Shown: positions 57,150 to 64,000 of the stretch, piece after piece
Position numbering within the stretch: the first letter of the stretch is position 1
How the letters are laid out: each line of letters opens with the position of its first letter
DNA from: Rhodothermales bacterium
GTDB taxonomy: Bacteria > Bacteroidota > Rhodothermia > Rhodothermales > Bin80
Direction of reading: 5' to 3'
Assembly: GCA_022821875.1 (NCBI GenBank)
Contig: JAJECV010000006.1
Span: 17,372 to 81,371 of the forward strand
Length of the DNA: 64,000 bases
The notes under the pieces: model-generated
Databases searched by the model: none
Told to the model about the DNA's origin: nothing
What the model saw: the letters and a program-made list of their open reading frames with translations, nothing else
Translations under genes and position numbers: made by a program

Positions 57150-57532
57150 GTCAGAGAAATTTACTGTGTGCTCACGGTTGCATGTGTGTGGATGCCTCAC
57201 CACAGATGTGCTGAGGGCAGGACATCTCTCCCCGCACGAACCGGAGGGAGCATGTCAATGTATTACAGGGAGAGCACATTCAAACCTGTGAACAGCCCTC
57301 CTGGAGCCTGATTACAGAATGTAAGACAGGACGGAGGAATCAACCGTCAGGGATTCTTCCATCACGATAGAAGATACACCAAACCGCCACAATATTGCGG
57401 GGCGGCCTATTCTGACAGAGGGCTGAATGGTTTTGAGGGCAGGAGAACCCTCAAGGTTCAACGCGGTGAGAAATACAGGGAAACAGTTCTACAGCTGCCT
57501 CAAGTACCTCAATCACTGGTGCCGGTGTACTC

Positions 57533-58483
57533 TCACGGGCTTTTCTTATCATCGTCCTTACTGGATCCCCCGACGATCTCTGCCATTGAAAAGAGCCAGT
57601 CTAGTCCTGTGCCCGAGAGTTGACTTTGGCCTGGAATTAAGTCAATTGCTGTTTTGTCGTCTTCTTCGAGTACACTGGCATCTGCTCCCAGATCAAGCAG
57701 AAGCCGGATCATTTCAGCATTTTCATTATACTCCTTGGCCCAGATCAGAGGGGTCCAGTCGTAGTGATCCCGTGCGTTCACATCGGATCCTGCTTCAATC
57801 AGGATCTGTGTAATTTCGAGAACGGGATTCTGGGCGGCAGCCCAGTGCAGGGGAATGCAGCCACGCTCATCTTTCGCATTGATGTTTGCGCCGGCATCAA
57901 TCAGGAACTGGACCACTTCGGGGAGAGTATTTTCGGCGGCGGCCCAGTGGAGCGGGGTACGATCATTTGAGTCTAAATTTTCCAGATCTGCTCCCGACTC
58001 CACCAGAACTCGGACCGTCTCAAGTGAAAGGCTGTCTTTTGCAGCGAACCACAGCGGGGTGCGGGTATAATCATCGGCTTCGTTCACATTGGCCCCTGCA
58101 TCAATCAGCAGTTTTAGAATCTTCGGGGACTGGACTCCGCCTAAGATGGAATTAAAAATTGAGGTCATCCCGTTGTCTCCGCGTGCATTGACATCGGATC
58201 CGGCATCAATCAGGACCTTCAGGATTTCAGGGTTTTCATTCCATTCTGCCGCGGTATCAAGCGGAGTCATCCCGAATTCGCCGCGTGCATTGACATCGGC
58301 ACCGGCATCAATCAGTGCCTGTAATATATCGGGACTCTTCGCTAATTGTGCAGCAGTATGTAGTGGAGTGAAGTGATTCCCCGGATTCCTTGCTGCCAGA
58401 TCCGCCCCCGACTTAATGAGCGCCTTCACCTGCTTAAGGCTAATACTCTCTTCGGTTGCATCGAAAAACTTTTTGATGGTCAT
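57533..58483 (-). CDS. Ankyrin-repeat protein (about 8 repeats)
   Basis: Regular ~33-aa repeats: TPLHxAA....P.I...LIDAGADVNA. Confidence 0.9.
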   Translation of the reverse strand: MTIKKFFDATEESISLKQVKALIKSGADLAARNPGNHFTPLHTAAQLAKSPDILQALIDAGADVNARGEFGMTPLDTAAEWNENPEILKVLIDAGSDVNARGDNGMTSIFNSILGGVQSPKILKLLIDAGANVNEADDYTRTPLWFAAKDSLSLETVRVLVESGADLENLDSNDRTPLHWAAAENTLPEVVQFLIDAGANINAKDERGCIPLHWAAAQNPVLEITQILIEAGSDVNARDHYDWTPLIWAKEYNENAEMIRLLLDLGADASVLEEDDKTAIDLIPGQSQLSGTGLDWLFSMAEIVGGSSKDDDKKSP

Positions 58484-58793
58484 TTATGAATCATGGTTTA
58501 GGTGACCTGTAATGATACGGATTACGGCTCGAATAGATCAACATCCTATCCCTTTTTTTGAAATTATTTGAGAAGTTGGTTGTAGATGCTCAAGCAGGGG
58601 ATGCATCATGATCAGTTGTTATTTGGGAGAGGTGCGCCATTATGGGTTAAAGGATAAATTTCCAAGGGAACTCTTTCCTCGTCTGGGATCCGTCCAGTAA
58701 ACAGGAGGGAGCGGGGGATGCTGCAAGAGGCGGATAGAGATTGATCAGAAATCTTATCTTCGTAGATTCCAACTGACATTGCACTCTGTTTAA

Positions 58794-59317
58794 CTAATCG
58801 GTTTTCCGATAACGGGTCACCCGATACAGATTGCGCAGTATTAAGGTCAGTACTCCCCCTGTTCCCAGTGGAATTGACAACCAAGCCGGATCAAGCAGAA
58901 GCGCCAGTCCAGCAGTCGCTACCAGAGATAAAGACACGACAGTGGAAGTGGTGATTCTGCTCCATTGAGTTTAATTCCCTCCCTGATCGCATAATGCTGT
59001 GTCGATTGGGCATTTTCTGCCATACGGATAATCCGATCAGCTGCTCCAGGCAGCACTCGGTCATAATTTTCTAACTCGGATGAAGGCGGGAGAGGACTAC
59101 TGTATGTCACGAGATTTTCTATCTGAGTAACTCGTCTCATTATCTTCGAAGGTGTCTCTGCCTTCAGCCAAGGTGTCATATCAAAATTGCTGCCGGCTTT
59201 ATCTGCCTTATCAAGATTTTGATCAACGGCATCTTTGTCTATGGATGCATTCTTGTCAGCATTGGCTCCTTCTCCATCCATGCCTTGCTTAGCCATTCGA
59301 TCACCTCTTTTGTTCAT
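58794..59317 (-). pseudogene. DUF2335-family membrane protein split by a frameshift
   Basis: The N-frame carries SSPLPPSSELENYDRVLPGAADRIIRMAENAQ (DUF2335 core) and stops at 58919. My translation of a second frame gives the missing TM region, TQWSRITTSTVVSLSLVATAGLALLLDPAWLSIPLGTGGVLTLILRNLYRVTRYRKTD*, ending at 58794. Confidence 0.6.
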
Positions 59318-59702
59318 AGGACATTGCCTCAGACAGATAGGATCCGACAAGTTGCCATACATCAAAGAGGCTATACCAGGCTCCAGGATAATGATTTTCA
59401 ATGTTCTGTCCCAAGGGAGTGCAGTTAACATCAATCAGTTCATCCAGAAAACTTCGACTAGGTACTAAACTTCTGTTTAACTGCCCCAATGCCATTCTAC
59501 GAACTTTAAGGCGTTCAATAAAGTCATCCATTGCCCTCAACTCCTTCTCAAGATCATACTGATCATGTTCCGAGTCTGGCTGTCCTGATGTATTCTTAGA
59601 GATATCGTTCGCCATGATGTTTTGATAGTTCGACTTTAATTTTGCTTCATCGCCCTGTTTGCAAAACAGGGCAGTTGCCGCATTTGCGGTCTGACCACTC
59701 AA
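59301..59702 (-). CDS. Hypothetical protein
   Basis: A 133-codon ORF (alternative ATG at 59615) immediately upstream of the DUF2335 gene on the same strand. I recognise no family. Confidence 0.4.
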   Translation of the reverse strand: MSGQTANAATALFCKQGDEAKLKSNYQNIMANDISKNTSGQPDSEHDQYDLEKELRAMDDFIERLKVRRMALGQLNRSLVPSRSFLDELIDVNCTPLGQNIENHYPGAWYSLFDVWQLVGSYLSEAMSYEQKR

Positions 59703-59896
59703 AGTATATTAGGTTCCCACTTGACTGTTCCAGAAAGTAATACTCATGGGTACGATTACGGTTCCCGTTTGTTGCCGAAGGAGTTCGTCTTATGTAATGA
59801 ACTGAAGGATTTTACTTCCAGACCATACCTTAAAATGCTTGCTTCGGTGCCAATCATCTGGCCAAGTTTGCTGTCTCAGGAGATTGTTCCGGCAGT

Positions 59897-60124
59897 TCAG
59901 CGGGAGTACTGTCCGCAGATTGGCCCGTTCAGACTGAGGTTCAATTCTCCATATCCGCAGAATAAATTGTCCACTTGGATTGGGGCGATTACTCTCTCGT
60001 AGTCGTTGATTAAGATGAATCTACATCCCCGCAGGATGCCTGCTGGGCGCAAATCGTTTATCACCCGTCTGGGTATTGCGTGCAATTCGGATTCTATCCA
60101 TGTTGCCCATTTTTCATGGAACAA
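59897..60124 (-). CDS. Hypothetical small protein
   Basis: A 75-codon ORF divergent from the ATPase fragment. The composition is plausible (MFHEKWATWIESELHAIPRRVINDL...) but I recognise no family. Confidence 0.3.
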   Translation of the reverse strand: MFHEKWATWIESELHAIPRRVINDLRPAGILRGCRFILINDYERVIAPIQVDNLFCGYGELNLSLNGPICGQYSR

Positions 60125-60185
60125 TACGTGATTGATCTGCGTCTCGCAGAGGCATTATATTCATGCTTCAAGTTTCCTTCTCGAA

Positions 60186-60955
60186 ATGATTACTGCAAAT
60201 GGTCCTGCTCTGTATTCTACCGGTTCCTTTGAGCGGGGGGAGGCGAAATACTTCCATGGACGCAAGGGAATCATGAAAAAGTTGAAAGAATCCATGTCTC
60301 TGGCGGAGGAGGACAATTTGGGCACCTCGTTCCTGATACAGGCGGCGCCTGATGCCGGGAAGTCCGCCCTGCTCGTTGAATGTGTAAGGCAGGCGCAGGA
60401 GCAGAAGTGGATGGCGGCCAATATTGAGCCGGATGACCTTCTTGATCCTGAAATCATGTTCCGCACCCTGAAAAACGTGTGCTTCTAGTGGTTCAAGCGT
60501 CTCTATATTAGCGGCGGCGTGAAAGGATTCACTGCAGCAGTGGATTTGGAGCATCCGAAGAAACTGACACTCAAAAATGTGATCAAGAACGTACGGACAC
60601 CGCTCATGCTCCCACTGGATGAGGCGTAGTGCCTACTGGAAGACATCACGCCGGATTGCGGAGATCGCTTCACGGCCGTGCGGAGTTTCATCAAAAAGGT
60701 TCATGAGGGAGAGTGCGGTCATTCGGGACGAGCACATGGAGGATGGGGGAGTACAGGACTGCACCATGGATTGGGAGGAAAAGATTGCGGCGGAAACATA
60801 CGGCTGGCCGTAATACATCATGGCGTATGTGTGGCCCGCCGTCAACCACATGAAGGTCAGTGACGGGAATATAATCGCTGCGGAGCTGGAGATCATGCTG
60901 GAGAAGGGGCGTAAGGTGCGGATTGATTTTTATGAGGCTCACACCGAGGGTATGT
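60186..60955 (+). pseudogene. P-loop NTPase paralog 3, heavily decayed (in-frame stops, frameshift, internal deletion, 3' truncation)
   Basis: EAKYFHGRKGIMKKL and FLIQAAPDAGKSAL, then a TAG at 60486-60488. Frame 0 continues to LMLPLDEA*, then KKVHEGE. The +1 frame carries VIRDEHMEDGG...ETYGWP* (TAA at 60811-60813), then YIMAYVWPAV...FYEAHTEG. Homology to paralogs 1 and 2 ends at about 60955. Confidence 0.65.
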
Positions 60956-60965
60956 CCAGAGGGTT

Positions 60966-61274
60966 GTGGAATTATGTCAGCCGCACATGGGCAAAAAAGG
61001 CTCGGATCGGTGGCTGTCCTGGGCTATGCGCTGCCTGTTGGAACCCATGAAACAAGCCGGGAAAACCGTTAAAGAACACATATGGGGGATCATTAACGCC
61101 ATCGTCCTGGAGGGCAGTAATGGCCCTGCTGAAAGCATTAACAGCCGAATCAAAACCGTCAAAGTCTGTAGCCGCGGCTTCCGAAATAAAAAACGCCTCG
61201 CCACGGCAATTTACTTCCATCTCGGAGGCCTTGACCTCTATCCGGATGGAGTGCAAAAAAGAGCCGTTCACTAA
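60966..61274 (+). mobile_element. C-terminal fragment of an ISL3-family transposase gene
   Basis: ...TVKEHIWGIINAIVLEGSNGPAESINSRIKTVKVCSRGFRNKKRLATAIYFHLGGLDLYP is the conserved ISL3 C-terminus. The N-terminal ~300 codons are absent. Confidence 0.7.
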
Positions 61275-61360
61275 AATAATCGAAGAACCGGGTTCTGCAT
61301 AAAAATGATTTCTCAGTAAAATGATTTTCGTATCTTGAGGTTGGCCAATAAATCAACTTC

Positions 61361-62449
61361 ATGCCGAATCATTATACTCGCAAAATCCCCAAGCCAAGCA
61401 ATGTTGAACGGGAGGAATTAGAACGCTGGATCCGAGGTCCCAAGACACCACAGTCACTTGCGCTGCGGGCCCGGATTATTCTCTTGTCGGCCGAGGGCCA
61501 AAGTGATTCGAACATCGCTGAGAAACTGGGGACGACCAGAGCCACCGTGGGCAAATGGCGAAGGCGTTTTCTGGAGCAGGGCTGTGACGGGCTGATTGAT
61601 GCACAACGTCCGGGTGCCCCCAGGACGGTATCCGATAAAGATATTGAGACCGTGATTAAGAAAACCTTGGAGTCTACCCCGCGTAATGCAACCCATTGGA
61701 GTACTCGGAAAATGGCCCAGGAATGTGGGTTGAGTGCGAGTACGATCAGTCGGATCTGGCGTGCCTTTGGACTCAAACCCCATCGTGTTGAGACGTTTAA
61801 TTCGTCCGAAGATCCATGATTTATTAAAAATTGCGGGGGTATTGTCGGCCTCTATATGAGTTCTATCGAGCGAGCAGTGGTGCTCTGTATGGATGAAAAA
61901 TCTCAAATTCAGGCCCTGGATCGTACCGAGCCCATCTTACCAATGCTACTTGGGTTCCCCGAAAAACGTACCCATGATTACAGGTGCCACGGAACGACTT
62001 CGCTGTTTGCCGCCCTGGATATGGCCACGGGAGAAGTCATTGGGTGTTGTTATCCGAGACATCGGTCACAGGAATTTCTCAAGTTCCTGCGCGTGATTGA
62101 CCGATCTGCCCCCAAAGATATGGATGTTCACATCGTCATGGACAATTACAGCACCCACAAAATCGTACTGATCCAGAACTGGCTCGTTCGCTGTAAACAT
62201 TTTCATTTCCATCTTACGCCCATGAGTTCTTTCTGGCTAAATCTCATTGAACGCGGGTTTGCCGCCATTCCCCGGGATCAGATACGAAGTGGAACGCATC
62301 GAAGTACCAAAGAACTGGAAATCGCAACCAAGGAATACCTCAACCTTGACAATGAAGATCCCTAACCGTTGATCTGGACAATATCTGTGGATGAATTTCT
62401 GGAATCTGTTCAAAGTTGTTGCGAAAAAAATAATGATACACTACACTAG
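61361..62449 (+). mobile_element. IS630-family transposase gene inactivated by two in-frame stop codons
   Basis: The HTH part is SLALRARIILLSAEGQSDSNIAEKLGTTRATVGKWRRRF. The DDE part is [17 protein letters not shown]...[15 protein letters not shown]...[12 protein letters not shown]...[18 protein letters not shown]. The same frame is interrupted by TGA at 61817-61819 and TAA at 62363-62365. The frame finally closes at 62447-62449. Confidence 0.85.
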
Positions 62450-62840
62450 ATTGCAGGTGTGGAGGTAATGGCATCCGCGGGCAAAACGGCTTGGTGGACG
62501 GGAATCTGAACATTCTGTTCCGAACTGGAAGGAGATGGCGAAGTGTTACAATGTGCGGCTAACCGAGGAACTGGCACCATTCCAAGGTGCTCGCAGAACA
62601 GGAGGGTCTGGAATTTAGAGGGTTGATTCGGCCGGCATTGTAAGGAATGAAAGAGGAATAACCGAATCGGGAACTGGCGAAACCGAAGCCGCATTTAAGT
62701 AACTCGGACTGCTTGAAGATTATATTTGAGCGGAGATGTGTGCTGATATCTGTGTACATGTTGGGATCTTAAGCGACGTTTCTGGTTTCCGGCAAGGAGG
62801 ACGAAGGAAACCAAAATCAACAACCCCCGTTTAATTTTCT

Positions 62841-63239
62841 ATGCTTGAACCATCAACAAACACGAACCGACTCTTCGAACTGCTGAGGAAGCAACAGAAT
62901 AAGAAGCTCAGCGCAACCGAAACCAACGAACTGAGTAACGAGATCATGAACATGGCTGGAAACAATATTATCGCGCAGTTTGGTGCAAAACTGGACGCTG
63001 TACAGGCGCAGATTGCGACTTTGTCCGAGTCGAATCAGGCGCAATTAGATGCCATTGGAAAAATTATGCAGGCACAGTCGGAATCCAATCAGGTACAGTC
63101 GGAATCCAATCAGGCACAACTGGCGGCGCTCGGCAAACTTCTGGACAGCCGGTATCAACTGCTGATCTGGCTGATTGCAGGTGTTGGCGGCGTACTCACG
63201 TTCATTCTGGCATATGGCACATTTGTTGCCGCCGGCTAA
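62841..63239 (+). CDS. Coiled-coil protein with a C-terminal TM anchor (DUF1640-like architecture)
   Basis: Q/S/N-rich heptads (QAQSESNQVQSESNQAQLAAL) are followed by a TM helix (LLIWLIAGVGGVLTFILAYGTFVAAG). Confidence 0.65.
   Translation: MLEPSTNTNRLFELLRKQQNKKLSATETNELSNEIMNMAGNNIIAQFGAKLDAVQAQIATLSESNQAQLDAIGKIMQAQSESNQVQSESNQAQLAALGKLLDSRYQLLIWLIAGVGGVLTFILAYGTFVAAG
63069..63110 (+). repeat. In-frame 21-bp tandem repeat (2 full units plus degenerate flanks)
   Basis: caggcacagtcggaatccaat / caggtacagtcggaatccaat. Confidence 0.7.
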
Positions 63240-63477
63240 TCCTTACCTGCTGAAATTCTCTGCTCTGGGCCGTATTCCGCGCTGCGTGTCAATTCTATAG
63301 GTTCTTTGCTGAAGAGGGGATATTCCGATATCCTGTCCCCTCCGAGAGGAATGTTCTGCTGGGCGAGGCGTGATGATCATTACGCAGTATCTCAGTTCCC
63401 TGCCTGTATTGGGTTTTGACGATGTACAGTTAGTGTATATCCCCCTGATACCGGGAATCGTTCCTGTTCTGGGCTAT

Positions 63478-63790
63478 GGACATAGTCGCTGTTCTTACCT
63501 TCCTACTCAGTTACGATATGTTCGCCGTAAGTACTTATATCTCCATTTTACGCCCACGATTTCTTCTGGGCTAAATCTCATTGAACGCCGGTTTGCCACC
63601 ATTTCCTAAGATCAGATACGATTTGGAACGCAGCGAAGTACCAAAGGACTGGAAACCGAAATCAAAGAATAACCCGACCTCCACAATGAAGATCCCTAAC
63701 CGTTGATCTGGACAATATCTGCGGATGAAATTCTGTAATCTGTCCCTAGACACTACACCAGCAGGATTAACATCATGCAATGTGCACAGT
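63478..63790 (+). mobile_element. Second, decayed 3' fragment of the IS630-family element (direct repeat of about 62140-62460)
   Basis: Aligned by eye to the first copy: ...ttacgccc..tttcttctgggctaaatctcattgaacgccggtttgcc... and ...aatgaagatccctaaccgttgatctggacaatatctg.ggatgaa.ttctg.aatctgt.... It includes the same TAA-containing GATCCCTAACCG. The boundaries are approximate. Confidence 0.65.
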
Positions 63791-64000
63791 AGACTGTGAT
63801 GCCTCAATAAGTACGGTCAGCATCCGGATCAAAGCAAGGTCTGCTGCACATGATGGGCAGAGCGCTTCGTCCTGTCCGGCCCGCCCGGTCACCCAAAAAG
63901 ACATATCTGCTCGCAGATCTAATTTTCAGTAATTCATTCAACCTGATCGGGAAATGCCAGTCTTTGCAGTGAACGGTTTTGTATCAAGGTTTCAAAGTGA

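Overview
This 64 kb window looks like chromosome from an FCB-group bacterium (Bacteroidota, Balneolota or Rhodothermota-like). The evidence for that is several T9SS C-terminal sorting domains, a PorV/PorQ-like barrel, and a CarboxypepD_reg-type TonB-dependent receptor. The housekeeping backbone comprises: murB-ccmBCD...ccmE; an SPFH protein; three secreted amidohydrolases behind an AAA+ ATPase; fbaB; tRNA-Arg(ACG); kdgK; a DASS transporter; xylB; tsaD-tsaB-tsaE; a photolyase; and a periplasmic sugar/sulfate/phosphate block (Tat aminotransferase, Gfo/Idh/MocA, double DUF1080, sulfatase, PhoD-like). Small accessory islets that appear AT-richer by eye (not computed) interrupt this backbone. The most interesting loci are these. 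(1) A co-directional minus-strand block at 26.4-28.9 kb holds a translationally coupled TcmP/DUF5131 (three-Cys) pair of unknown function. It is followed by unannotated, decayed remnants of a multiubiquitin plus E1-like cassette and by a DUF1640-type membrane coiled-coil gene. (2) A family of P-loop ATPases with an N-terminal K(Y/H)FHGR motif is present three times: intact at 36.0-37.1 kb, frameshifted in a G5 run at 43.5-44.6 kb, and heavily decayed at 60.2-61.0 kb. (3) A DUF3696-type AAA ATPase is inserted between ccmD and ccmE. (4) An orphan Panacea-domain (antitoxin-type) gene sits next to tRNA-Arg. (5) Three small coiled-coil genes carry different in-frame tandem repeats, and each lies beside decayed or mobile DNA. 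(6) The right end holds nested ISL3 and IS630 debris. I recognised no CRISPR array, rRNA or riboswitch. All family calls come from motif recognition by eye; no database search or composition calculation was run.
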